Assembly (NCBI RefSeq): GCF_009914755.1
Contig: NC_060948.1
Origin: the human T2T-CHM13v2.0 reference genome, Homo sapiens
DNA length: 64,000 bases
Direction: 5' to 3' (one strand)
Shown here: piece after piece, positions 25,610 through 45,911 of the stretch
How positions within the stretch are numbered: the first letter of the stretch is position 1
How the letters are laid out: the number at the start of each line of letters is the position of its first letter
The notes under the pieces: generated by a model
What the model was told of the DNA's origin: nothing
The model's input: the letters and a program-made list of their open reading frames with translations, nothing else
Databases searched by the model: none
Position numbers and translations under genes: made by a program

Positions 25610-26605
25610 GGAACAGCAAAAGAAATTATCAACAGAATAAGAAGACAACCTACAGAATGGGGAAAGTATTTGCAAAGTATGCAGTGGACAAAGGACAAAT
25701 ATCCAGAATCTATATGGAACTTAAAGAAGTCAACAAGAAAAAAACCCAAAACAACCCAGTAAAACATCAGCAAAGAACATAAACAGACAAGTTTTGAAAG
25801 AAGATATACATGAATACAACAATCATATTAAAAAAGCCTTGACATCACTGATCATTAGAGAAATGCAAATCAAAATCACAATGAGATAGCATCTCACAGC
25901 AGCAAGAATGGCCTTAAAAAGTGAAAAAACAACAGATGCTGCTGAGGCTGCAGAGGAAAGGGAACACTTATACAGTACTGGTGGGAATGTAAATTAGTTA
26001 AGCCCTGGTGGGAATCGGTTTGGAGATTTCTAAATATTTAAAAATAGAATTACCATTCTACCCAGCAATTTTATTACTGGGTATCTACTCAAAGGAAAAT
26101 AAACCATTCTACCAGAAACACACATGCACTCTTATGTTCCTTGCAGAACTATTTACAATAGCAAAGACATGGAACCAACTTAAGTGCCCATCAATGGTGG
26201 ACTGGATAAAGAAAACTTGGTGCATATACATGATGGAATACTGCACACTCATGATAAAGGTTGAAATCATGTCCTTTGCAGAAACATGGCTGCAGCTGGA
26301 GGCCATTATCTTAAGTGAATTAACACCAGCAACAGAAAATCAAATAACGTATTTTCTCACTTATAAGTGGGAGCTAGATATTGAGTATACATGGACACCA
26401 AGATAGGTACAGTAGACACTAGGGATTCCAAAAGCAGGAAGGGAAAGAGGAGGAGAAGGGTTGAAAAAGTACTTATTGGGTAACAGGCTCACTATGTGGA
26501 TGACAGGTTCATTAGGAGCCCAAACCTCAGCATCATGCAATATGCTCAGGTCAGAAACTTACACATGTACCTCCTGAATCTAAAATAAAATAAGTATCAA
26601 TAAAA
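25610..26605 (+). mobile_element. L1 3' portion (L1PA15-16/L1PB4-like)
   Basis: ORF2 C-terminal peptides (ELPFYPAILLLGIY); tail cccaaacctcagcatcatgcaatat...ctgaatctaaaataaaa. Confidence 0.88.
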
Positions 26606-27029
26606 GGTAAGGTGAAACTTCAAGGACACCTACACTGGCATGGATCAGGGGGATATTTGGGACTACATTTTCAGATTCCAGGAGAATATAATCTTTCTCT
26701 GCTATGTGCATTTGCATACATTGGTTTCTTATGAAATGACACGTATCTTGAACTTATGTATCCCATTCATGGTTAAGTTTTATTGACTGAAAAACAGGAA
26801 CTGTATACCCATCTTGCCAGTGGCTATGAGAATAAGTGATACTTGCTGTGATGCAATTAACCCCAGCCTGACCCATGCCCAGCACTCACTTGGGGTGGCT
26901 ATTGCTACATTTCTCTCCAAATGGAAAGAAGAATGTGGACCTCTTCTAAATCGCTTGGCTGGATTGGCTCTGAGTTTTCATATTAGACTTAAACAATTAT
27001 TGAGGCTTTAGCCTAGGGTAGAATGAATT

Positions 27030-27398
27030 TGTATTAGTCAGTTCGAATGCTGCTAATAAAGATATACCAAAAGTGGGTAATTTATAAAGGAAAAGATGTT
27101 TAATGGACTTACAGTTTCACATGGCTGGGAGGCCTCACAATCATGGCAGAAGATGAAGGATGAGGAAAGGAACTTCTTACATGGTGGTGGGCAAAAGAGA
27201 GAGGACTTGTGCTGGGGAACTCCTCCTTGTAAACCCAGCAGATCTTGTGAGACTTATTCACTATCATGAGAATAGCATGTGAAAGACCCATGCCCATGAT
27301 CCAATTACTTCCCATCAGGTCCCTTCCATGGCATGTGGGAACTGTGGGAGCTACAATTCAAGATGAGAATTGGGTGGGGACACAGCCAAACCATACCA
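27030..27398 (-). mobile_element. THE1/MST solo LTR
   Basis: tgtattagtc...gggacacagccaaaccatacca. Confidence 0.9.
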
Positions 27399-28232
27399 CA
27401 ATTCTTTTGCAAACTTTCTTATTCTTCAAAGCACTTAAAGAGACTTGGTTCTTAAATTTTTTGTTTAATAATTTCACTTTAGGGCCAATCATCCCATCAT
27501 TTGCTAAGCAAATGGTGCTGAATTAATTTTCCTATAACCGATGCATTAGTATTTCTAACTGACATCTCTTAAAGTAAGTTGAATTTGGGACTGGTATTGA
27601 ATTGCATTTAATGCTTTATTACTATTTCCTCAAGTCTGAAGGATCTGTTTCCAAATGTAGCAGTTTCAAGATAAACATACAAAGACTATCTTTCCGTCAC
27701 CTCTCAAATAATTTTTAATACTTTTAAAAAATTAAGATAATAATAGTCTGGATTCTTTTCAATACTACTCTTTCTAGATTATGCATGTTCCTTCAGAATG
27801 CTTCATTTTTATCAGATTAGTCTGCTGTTGGCAAATGAATAAAATTTTGATCAAAAGCATTTACTCAAAGGCTCAACGCACATTTTAAAACTACATGAAT
27901 ATGGTCATCTTTTGTACTGTTTTGTTTTACTTCATGGATTAATGTTCACAGTGTTGAGTGATTCCAGGACATGAAATATGGCCTCCTTCCTCTTCCTGAC
28001 TTTTATTCTTCTCTCTCTTCCAGAGTAGACACATTCCTTGAAGTGAGTATGAGTGAAGCCCCCAGCATTCCACATGCTGTGGTGGGGACTTTCCTAGCTA
28101 TCAGTAGACTATTTCCATGTCATCCAATTTCTCTCCTGTAATGACTCATGGAGTCCTTGTGCTGAGCCGTGAGCCTCATTGTCTATAAAGAGGTTTGGTC
28201 CACCCCGGTCTATTGGTCAAGATTTACATAAG

Positions 28233-29140
<908 letters not shown>

Positions 29141-29142
29141 CT

Positions 29143-30028
29143 GAAAATAAACAAATTTACAAGAAAAATCCAAATAACCCCATCAAAAAGTGGGCAAAGG
29201 ATATGAACAGACACTTTTCTAAAGAAGAATGTATGCAGCCAATAGACACATGAAAAAATGAGCATCATCACTAGTCATCAGAGAAATGCAAATCAAAACC
29301 ACAATGAGATATCATCTCAAGCCAGTTAGAATGTCAGTCATTAAAATTCAGAAAATAACAGGCGCCAGAGAGGAGGTAGAGAAATAGGAATGTTTTTACA
29401 CTGTTGATGGGAGTGTAAATTAGTTCAACCATTGTGGAAGACAGTGTGGCTATTCCTCAAGGATCTAGAACTAGAAATATCATTTTACCCAGCCATCCCA
29501 TTACTAGATATATACCCAAAAGTTTATAAATCATGCTACGATAAAGACACATGCACGTGTTTGTTTATTGTGGCACTGCAATAACAAAGACTTGGAACCA
29601 ACCCAAATGCCCATCAATAATAGACTGGATAAAGAAAATGTGGCACATATACACCAGGGAATACTATGCAGCCACAAAAAAGGATGAGCTCATGTACTTT
29701 ACAGGGACATGGATCAAGCTGGAAACCATCATTCTGAGCAAATTATCTCAAGGACAGAAAAGCAAACACCATATGTTCTCACTCATAGGTGGGAATTGAA
29801 CAATGAGAACACTTGGACACAAGGCAAGGAACATCACACACCGGGGCTTGTCATGGGGTGGGGGGATGGAGGGGATATCATTAGGAGAAATACCTAATGT
29901 AAATGATGAATTAATCGGTGCAGCAAACCAACATGGCACATGTATACATATGTAACAAACCTGCATGTTGTGCACGTGTACCCTAGAACTTAAAGTATAA
30001 TAAAAAACAAGAAAAAGAAAAAGAAAAA
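29143..30028 (+). mobile_element. L1PA (about PA6-8) 3' fragment with A-rich tail
   Basis: aaacaaatttacaagaaaa...LIGGN* terminus...gtaccctagaacttaaagtataataaaaa. Confidence 0.9.
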
Positions 30029-30359
30029 TTCCTCTTCTCTGAAAGACAGGAGGCTGGCAGAAATGTTTTTGAGATCCTATAGAGAAAACCAAGTGTATTT
30101 ACAAAGTGTCATCAAACTTTTACTGAGCAATTCTATGTTCTGAAAGCTCTGTTAGATATTTGCTATTTACCACAACCTCAGGAAGTGTTTTTATCTTCAT
30201 CCCCATTTTTTGGGGGAGAAAAGGGTGCAGAAGCTGAGGCTTAACCAGGTAAAACCATACACTTAAGCTGACATAGCTCAGAGGCTTTGACTTTTAATAC
30301 CCAGGAAATCACCTCCAGTATTAACAGCTTCAAGAATTCTCTATCTGAAACATTTTTAA

Positions 30360-36426
<6,067 letters not shown>

Positions 36427-36445
36427 TTTAACTGTTTAAATCTTA

Positions 36446-36735
36446 ATTTTTTTTGAGACAGTCTCACACTGTGGCCCTGGCTGGAGTGTAGTGTCAAGAT
36501 CTTGGTTTTTGCAGCCTTGAGTTCCCCAGGCTCAGGTGATCATCCCACCTCAGTTTACTGAGTAGCTGGGACTATAGGCACACACCACCACATCTGGCTA
36601 ATTTTCATATTTTTTTGTAGAGAGAAGGTTTTGTCATGTTGCCCAGGCTTGCCTAGAACTCCTGGGCTAAATCAATCTGCCCACCTTGACCTCCAAAGGT
36701 AGTGGTATTACAGGCATAAACAAGAGCACCTAGCC
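36446..36735 (-). mobile_element. AluJ
   Basis: Diverged antisense Alu with J-type ctcctgggct and gttgcccaggct. Confidence 0.9.
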
Positions 36736-37117
36736 TCTGTCTGAACTCTTAAAACCAGAAACAGAGCATGACAATGTAAAAATACAAAGAAACATTGACT
36801 GGAGGAATAGAGACAGGAGACCTGTGGAGATTGTTCTGTCCCCAATGTCTTGCCGTAATATGTGTCCTGCATATGGGTAGAAACTCATAAAATACAAAGA
36901 CTGTAGGTTTAGCATGAGGAGATGTCATGTGGCCAATGATGAGGAAGTTCTGTCTTTCCCTTCATTAATTGGGCTATTGTGCATGATCTGTTTTTGTTTG
37001 CTGAAATTCAGGTTAGAGATAGAAAACTTCCTTATGTTGGAAGAGCTTTAAACATTCTCAGACTTAGTCATCACTCACCTGGTGTCTGGGGTTCACCTTC
37101 ATACTCCAGGTCACAAA

Positions 37118-37325
37118 GCAGTTCTGTCCAATGGAACATTCTACAGTCATGAAAATGTGCTATAATCTGCACAGTTCAATAGCTAGCTAGCTGCTATTCA
37201 ACACTGAAAATATGGTGGCTAGTGGTGAATAAACAAATGGATTTTTATTTTATTTAATGTTAATTCACTTAATTCACTTAAATTTAAATAGCTACATGCA
37301 ACAGGCTATCCTGTTACACATTGCA
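37118..37325. mobile_element. MER3-like hAT DNA transposon
   Basis: ctgtccaatggaacattct...gaaaatgtgctataatctgcac...aatttaaatagctacatg. Confidence 0.75.
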
Positions 37326-37477
37326 ATCCTAGGACCTGTGGGTTTCTGAAATCCGATGCAAAGTCTTTGCAAATATGACTGTTCAAAGTATATCCTGGGC
37401 TCTTGATCAATGAGGATGTGAGCATCTCCAAAACAGAATGATCCCTGATGGAAACAAGTGCAATGACTTTATCTGTA

Positions 37478-37905
37478 CAGTTGACCCTTGAACACCACAG
37501 GTTAGATCTGCAGAAGTCCACTTATATGGGGATTTTCTTTCACCTTTGCCACTGCTGAGACAGCAAGACCAACCTCTTCTCTTGCTCCTCCTCAACATAC
37601 TCAATATGAAGATGTTGATGATAAAGACCTTTATGATGATCCACTTCTATTTAATGAATAGCAAATATACTTTCTCTTACTTATGATTTAATTTTATCCA
37701 GCTTGCCTTATTGGAAAGATACAGAATATAATGCACATAACATACAAAATAGATGTTAACCAACTGCTTATGTTATCATCAGTAAGGCTTCCAATCAGTA
37801 GTAGGCTATTGGTAGCTAAGTTTGGGGAGCCAACCATTATGTGCAGATTTTTCACTGGGCAGGGGATCAGTGACTCTAATGCACACATTGTTAGAGGGTC
37901 AAACG
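37478..37905. mobile_element. Tigger2a DNA transposon
   Basis: Terminal inverted repeats cagttgacccttgaaca / tgttagagggtcaaacg flanked by TA. Confidence 0.85.
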
Positions 37906-38149
37906 TACTTGCCAGCAGAATATTGGCCTTATTTTTCTGTGAGGCCAGATGGCTCTTTCCTCCCTCTGAATCTGAATTCATGGGTTTTGTTTTAGAAAAT
38001 ATCTAATTTCAAAAAAGCTATGCACAAGTTGAAAAGTCTCTCTTGTGGCATGCATTGAAAAGATTCAAGAGCAGGAACTATGTTACTGTTGGTATTATGT
38101 TCCCAACGTGGACCGTGGTGTCTGAAGCATAGTAGAAGCTTGGTAGCTG

Positions 38150-38370
38150 TAGAGGAAAGGAAGGAAAGAAGGAAGGAAGGATGGAAGGAAGGAAGGAAGG
38201 AAGGAAGGGAAGTAAGGGAGGAAGGAAGAATGGAAGGAGGGGAGAAAGGAAAGAAGGAAGAAAGGAAGAGAGGGAGGGAGAAAGGGAGAAATAAGGAAAG
38301 AAAGAAGGAAGGAAGAAAGAAAGGAAGGAAGGAAGAAAGGAAGGAAGGAAGAAAGGAAAGAAGAAGGAAA
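38150..38370 (+). repeat. (GGAA)n polypurine tract
   Basis: Direct reading. Confidence 0.95.
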
Positions 38371-38401
38371 TAACAGAGATTCAATGAAACAGGCAACTTG
38401 A

Positions 38402-38597
38402 TGTGGTGGTTAACTTTATGGGTCAACTTGAACGAACCACAAGGTGCCCAGAATTTTGTTAAACATTATTGCTGGATATGTCAGTGAAAATGTTTGCAGA
38501 GAAGATTAGCAATTGGTGGATTGTGTGAAGCAGGTTGCCCTCATTGGTGTAGATAGGCATGATCCAATCTGTTGAAGGTCTAAATATAAAAGAAAGA
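38402..38597 (+). mobile_element. MLT2 (ERVL) LTR 5' part
   Basis: tgtggtggttaactttatgggtcaacttga...aaacattatt...atccaatctgttgaaggtctaaata. Confidence 0.8.
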
Positions 38598-38604
38598 AAA
38601 AAGA

Positions 38605-38813
38605 TCACTTATGTTCTGCTCTAAACTGGCTATTCTAGTTAGAAATTTGTCTAACCTTTTTTCAATGTTCTTAACTTCCTTGCATTGGGTTAGAACATGC
38701 CCCTTCAGCTCAGAGCAATTTGTTATTACCCACCTTCTGAAGCCTATTTCTGTCAATTTGTGAAACTCATTCTCCATCCAGTTTTGTTCCCTTGCCCATG
38801 AGGAGTTGTGATC
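38605..38813 (-). mobile_element. L1P ORF1 fragment
   Basis: Peptide MENEFHKLTEIGFRRWVITN. Confidence 0.85.
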
Positions 38814-40064
38814 ATCTATAGATGTACTCTCCTATAGATGAATCACTGTGCCGTCTTTCACTTCCTTCAGTGATTTCTGCAATTATTCTCTCAAAGTAGG
38901 CTGGAGACAGACCTCTATGAGCCAAACAGAGACAGACATCACTCCCTAAGACATTCTCCCTGACTTGCTCCGGCAAAATTCCCTGCAGTCTCTATCTGGA
39001 AGGAGGCAGAGAGTCAGGATACTTCCAAGCCTAAATGAGAAGAACAGCACTTCCCACACTCACTTCCCTGGCTTGCTCTAATAGCAGATTTCTGCCGTCA
39101 CTCGCTAGAGAAAATCAGGCAGTTAGATCTCTGAAATCCTGAATGGAAGAGGTAGCACTCCCCTTCTGTCACCAGACATAGCAAGCTTGCTTCACAGGCT
39201 TGTTCTAGCAATAAATCCCTCCTGCTATTCTCCCTGGACAGATTTTTGGTGAAGTATAAATGTGACAGTGAACCCCTCTCAGGCCTTCTTGCTTTCTTCT
39301 CTGCCTTGCCACAGCAAGAAATCTGCCTTGCAGGTTCTTCCTGGAAGAAGCTTGTGCGACTTTGGCAATGCAGAAGGAGAAAGCAGGCAGTCTGCACTAC
39401 CTTCTCCCTGGCTTGCTCTGGTGAGAAATCAATGTCTGTAGAACCTCCCTGGAAGTAGCTTCTGCATACATCATGCATCACAAATTTTACAGCCTGTATC
39501 TAAGGGACTGTCCTAAATTGTCTACTTCTGGAAGTGAATGGGACTCTGTATTCTGAGTCTCCTATATCACAGAGAACAAGATTGTCAAAGTTGTAAATAT
39601 TCAGTGGCTATCTGTCCAGATTCAGAGTGAGCATAACGAATGACTGTACAGGTGTCAGTCATGGACACTATTCTTGGCATAAGGCAGAACTAGTTGGACA
39701 TAAACTCTGAATCTAAGCTTGTCCACAAGCAATATACATCTAATCCCAAAACCTTTTACCTGCATATCATGGGGCTGGCTACTATCTTGCCTGTGTCAAA
39801 GGAATAGTATGATTTCACACATACTACAATCGAGGGGGGCATAAGAAGAAAGACAGTGAGTTGGACAATCACAGAATTGAGAAGCACCTGGAATCTCTGG
39901 TTGCACTGATAAGGAAATGAAATTTCCTACGTAGGATGAGTTAAGGACAACAGAGAAAGATGGTTGTCTTCACTGACTTGCAGAAACCAACTCATAGTCA
40001 AGAAAAATGGGGCTGGTGGTAGTGGTTACAGGAGGGCAGGGCAGTGAGGGAGTGCAGTGGAGAG

Positions 40065-40545
40065 GAAAATATGTTCTGAGGTAAAGAACAAAAGAAATAA
40101 ACAGAACTGGACTCTGATAAAATGAAAGTATGTAATGTCCCTGACAGGGAAATCAAAACAGAAAGCTCTAAGGTATTACCAGAAGTCTGGACAGTAATGC
40201 ATTTAAAAACTGAGAAGTTTAACAAAGAGGTAGAAAATATTTCAAGGTATCAAACAGAAATCAAAGAAGTGAAAAATACAGGAAGCTACATCAAAAATTA
40301 AATAGAGGGACCGAACAGTAAACTGGATCAAGGAGAATAAAGGATAAGCAAAATTAAGCCAAGTCTTTGAAAATAATCAAATTGGAGGATAAAAATGAAA
40401 GAGAAAAATAAGGAATCATGAAGACAGCATAAGGAACTTATGGAACATTATGAAGCAGGATGATAACATATGGAATACTATAAGGAGATAATAATGATAA
40501 AAGGAGAGAAAAATAACTGACATATATTTTTAAACAAATAAATAA
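40065..40545 (+). mobile_element. Old L1M ORF1-like fragment
   Basis: A-rich; cctgacagggaaatcaaaaca...aactggatcaaggagaataaaggataag. Confidence 0.55.
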
Positions 40546-40547
40546 AA

Positions 40548-42065
<1,518 letters not shown>

Positions 42066-42904
42066 AGGGAATAGTTTTGTTCCAGTGCTTTCTTTTAAGC
42101 TTCAGATAATATTCTCACATGGATATGCAGATTAACAGCCAGCAGAAGGCCTGCATGAACTCTTTTGCCTCTCTGGGGTTTTCTTTTTGTGTAAGTCCTC
42201 TTTTATTTTCTGGCATTTTGTTCTACAGATTCTAGCTTTCTTGATATAGTTGAACTCTGATTTTAGTCTTCTCAATCTAGTAACACCCCCTAAGTTATGG
42301 CCTGGTGATAAGTAGGGTTCATCCTTACACTGTCTTTGTTCATCTTTTCTGAGAAATTATTGTTTGGTGCTGCCTGGAATTGAATGTAGAAAAATCTTTG
42401 GTTCATATTTCTGTCTAGTTTTGTGGTTATTTAACCTGGGAGGGTAAATATGGTCCCTGTTACCTCATTATGGTTAGGGGCGTAACAGGACCATGGAAGG
42501 CTTTCAGAAGTCATTTTTGAAGACACAACGCAAATTCGGTTTGCATAATGAACTTAGATAAAATACAGCCAAGAAAATAATGTTAGCAGAAACCAGGCCT
42601 TACGGAAATCTTTTTAGCGAGTTATTATGCTCAGACTTAAAAGAATAAAAAAAAACCAGACCAACGGGTAAAATATACATATTCTAACTTTAATCTGGGG
42701 TATTAGAATTATTCAGACAGTTGTGCAAATAAAATTCAAATATAGTTGAAACATTTGTATAAGCTGGTCTATATACTACTTTCTGTGTGGAAAGAATACA
42801 TACGGATACAAATTTCAGAAAGAACATAAAAACTGGCATACTATGTTTTCAAAAAAACCAGCATATTATGTTTTCAAAAAAACCCACATTTATTTTACTG
42901 TATT

Positions 42905-43177
42905 TTCCTTTTTTGGAAACAGATTCTGGATCTCTGGCCCACGCTGGAGTGCAATGGCGCAATTTTGGCTCTCTGAAACCTCCGCCTCCTGGAGGTGATT
43001 CTCCTGCCTCCCGAGTAGCCGGGACTACAGGCATACGCCACCAGACCTGCCAAAGTTGTTTGGTATTGTTAGTAAAGATGGGCTTTCGCCATGTTAGCCA
43101 GGCTGGTCTCATTTGAGATACACGTGCCTCAGCCTCCTAAAGTGCTAGGATTACAGGCGTGAGCCACCTTGCCTGGC
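42905..43177 (-). mobile_element. Diverged AluS with internal deletions
   Basis: Antisense Alu. Confidence 0.9.
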
Positions 43178-43237
43178 AAAAAAATAAAAATAAAAATAAA
43201 ATAAAGATAAAAATAAAATAATAATAATAATAATCCA

Positions 43238-43572
43238 GCAGGGCGCGGTGGCTCATGCCTGTAATCCCTGTCCTTTGGGAGGCCGAGGCGGGCGGATCAC
43301 GAGGTCAGGAGATCGAGACCATCCTGGCTAACACGGTGAAAACCCGTCTATACTTAAAAAAAAAAAAATACAAAAAATTAGCCAGGCGTAGTGGCGTGCG
43401 CCAGCAGTCCCAGCTAGTCGGGAGGCTGAGGCGGCAGAATAGCATGAACCTGGGAGGCGGAGCTTGCAGTGAGCAGAGCCACTGCATTCCAGCCTGAGCA
43501 ACAGAGTGATACTCCGTCTCAAAAACAAAAAAACAAAACAACAAAAAAAACTACCAAAAAAAAAAAAAAAGA
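43238..43572 (+). mobile_element. AluY/Sc-like
   Basis: gagatcgagaccatcctggctaacacggtg; long mixed A tail. Confidence 0.95.
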
Positions 43573-43582
43573 AAAATGTGGA

Positions 43583-43592
43583 TTTTTTTTTC

Positions 43593-43635
<43 letters not shown>

Positions 43636-43914
43636 GAGACGGAGTCTGGCTCTGTCGCTCAGCCTGGAGTGCAGTGGCGTGTCTCAGCTCACTGCAAGCT
43701 CCGCCTCCCGGGTTCATGCCATTCTCCTGCCTCAGCTGCTCGAGTAGCTGGGAGTACAGGTGCCTGCCACCAGCCCAGCTAATTTTTTGTATTTTTAGTG
43801 GAGACGGGGTTTCACCGTGTTAGCCAGGATGGTCTCGATCTCCTGACCTTGTGATCCGCCCGCCTCGGCCTCCTAAAGTGTTGGGATTACAGGCGTGAGC
43901 CACTGTGCCTGGCC
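43583..43914 (-). mobile_element. AluY-like
   Basis: ttcaccgtgttagccaggatggtctcgatc; long T tract. Confidence 0.95.
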
Positions 43915-45350
43915 AGAAAAAAATCCACATTTAAAAAATATAGAATACAAATTATTATGGACATTACCATTTTTATATCAGTCACTTGAGAAATGGCACT
44001 TTTCTCAAATGAGTATTGTATATTGGAATCAATTTTGCAAAATCAGAAAATGTGATTTATTTCTGGGGATGCTAGGCATATTAGACATTTTTTCCAGTTG
44101 CATTTAGGTATGGGGAAAAAAGAGCTAGACAGAGAAATTCTGTGACTTAATCCAGCTAGTCTATGACTACACAGGACAAACCTATAGTCTGATACAATTG
44201 CATTGACTTGGTAGAGTAAGGTAGACCATGCCTGTGGGGCAACTAAAGTAATAAAAGGAGGTACTGTACGATTTATGGGAAAGGTGGTGAGTAGGTATTT
44301 AAACACAGCAGAGTTTCAATAGGTTCAAGGTAAAGGACGCCTATGTATTAAAGGTCAAAACATCATGTTTAGACTGTGAGAGAACCCAGTGTCTTTATTC
44401 CTTGTAGATCACAAGTTGACATTTGTGTGGAATTTTGAGTGCAAATGCCTGTTATTTGAAGCTATGCACCTAGGCTGGAAAACAGTTTTTCTTCTATGGA
44501 AAGTGACAAATCAGCCGGGCAAGAGTGCTAAGTTTTCTCTTCACCGATAACATTTCAAACAGCAAATACTCTGTTTATAATTTTAGAACATAAAGTTTCT
44601 CAGTGAGTAAGAAAGCCGAAGTCATTCAGAGATGATAATTTTTGTGACCCTTTATAGCTGTACCCAGACTTTGGCAGAAATATTTATTTCCATTAAGTCG
44701 GGAGCTGGCTTTTCGGTTCTCCCCTCAACGTGATGAATTGAGGTGGTGGATTTTAACCTTTTCATCTTTGTTTTATTTTCTAACCTGTTAGAATTTACTT
44801 ATCTCAGCTTTATTGCTATTTCCAGTAACAAAGCTGAACTTGCTTGTTTATACTATATACAATTTAAAGTAAACTACCACGTTAGCCTCTATATTTGAAA
44901 GTAAAACTAAGTAAAATTTGGTCATTTTTATTACCGTGAGTGTCCATATACTTTTACTACATTTGTATGCAATTTAATGTAACTAGTTTAAATTTAACAT
45001 TAGTATTAATGATATCCACTGTGGGGGCTCTTTTTTCTATCGGCTCTTTTTTGTGTGCACACTTAGGTGATTTCTTACATTTTGCTATTAAATATTGTTT
45101 CAGATAACTTTCTTCTGCACTCCTAGTTTCCTAATGTACAAGGAAATTTGTCAGTAGGGATTTTATATTGATAGTCATGCAGCAACACACATGTACACTT
45201 GTACATGTTTAATATAAACAGACCAGTTAGATAATATAAAGCGCAAAATAAAACAAGTAAATATTGCCCAGTTCTCAAACGATGAAGAAACTAGTCTTCA
45301 TGGCAAAATCTTTAGCACGAAGTCATTTGCCACTCTACAAAATAAACAGA

Positions 45351-45670
45351 GGTCGGGAGCTGTGGCTCAAGCTTGTAATCCAGCATTTTTGGAGGCCAAG
45401 AAATTCAGATCACTTTAGGCTAGGACTTCAAGACCAGTCTGGCCAACACCAGGAAACCTGATCTCTATGAAAAAATATGAAAATTAGCCAGACATGGTGG
45501 TGTACGCCTATAGTACCTTACAGTTACTTTGGAGGCCGAGGCATGAGAATCGTTTGAACCTGGTAGGCTGAGTCTGAAGTGACCTGAGATTGCACCATGC
45601 ACCCTAGCACAGGTGACAGAGCGAGACTTCAACTCAAAAATAAATATAAATATAAACAAATATATAAATA
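45351..45670 (+). mobile_element. Diverged Alu (J/S)
   Basis: Dimeric Alu with AT-rich tail. Confidence 0.85.
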
Positions 45671-45705
45671 ATAGACATGGTATCCTTCACTTCAGGCAGT
45701 TATCA

Positions 45706-45872
45706 TTTTTTTCTTCTTTTTTTTTAATTTTGAGACAGTGTCTCACTCTGTTGTCCACACTGGATTGCTTTGGCATCATCATAGCTCACTGCAGGCTTGA
45801 ACTCCTGAGTTCAAATGCTTGGCCTCCCATTTGAGCCTCCTCAGTAGCTGGAATTACAGGCACACACAACCG

Positions 45873-45908
<36 letters not shown>
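45706..45908 (-). mobile_element. AluJ right arm/FRAM followed by (GT)15
   Basis: tgagacagtgtctcactctg...atcatagctcactgcag; GT run at 45879-45908. Confidence 0.85.

Positions 45909-45911
<3 letters not shown>

Noticed and set aside
37992-38426. Leu/Phe/Ser-rich 144-aa and Lys/Glu/Arg-rich 97-aa ORFs
   Set aside because: Translation of the (GGAA)n tract.
44136-44760. Possible old LTR
   Set aside because: LTR-like texture, but I could not match termini or a family with confidence.
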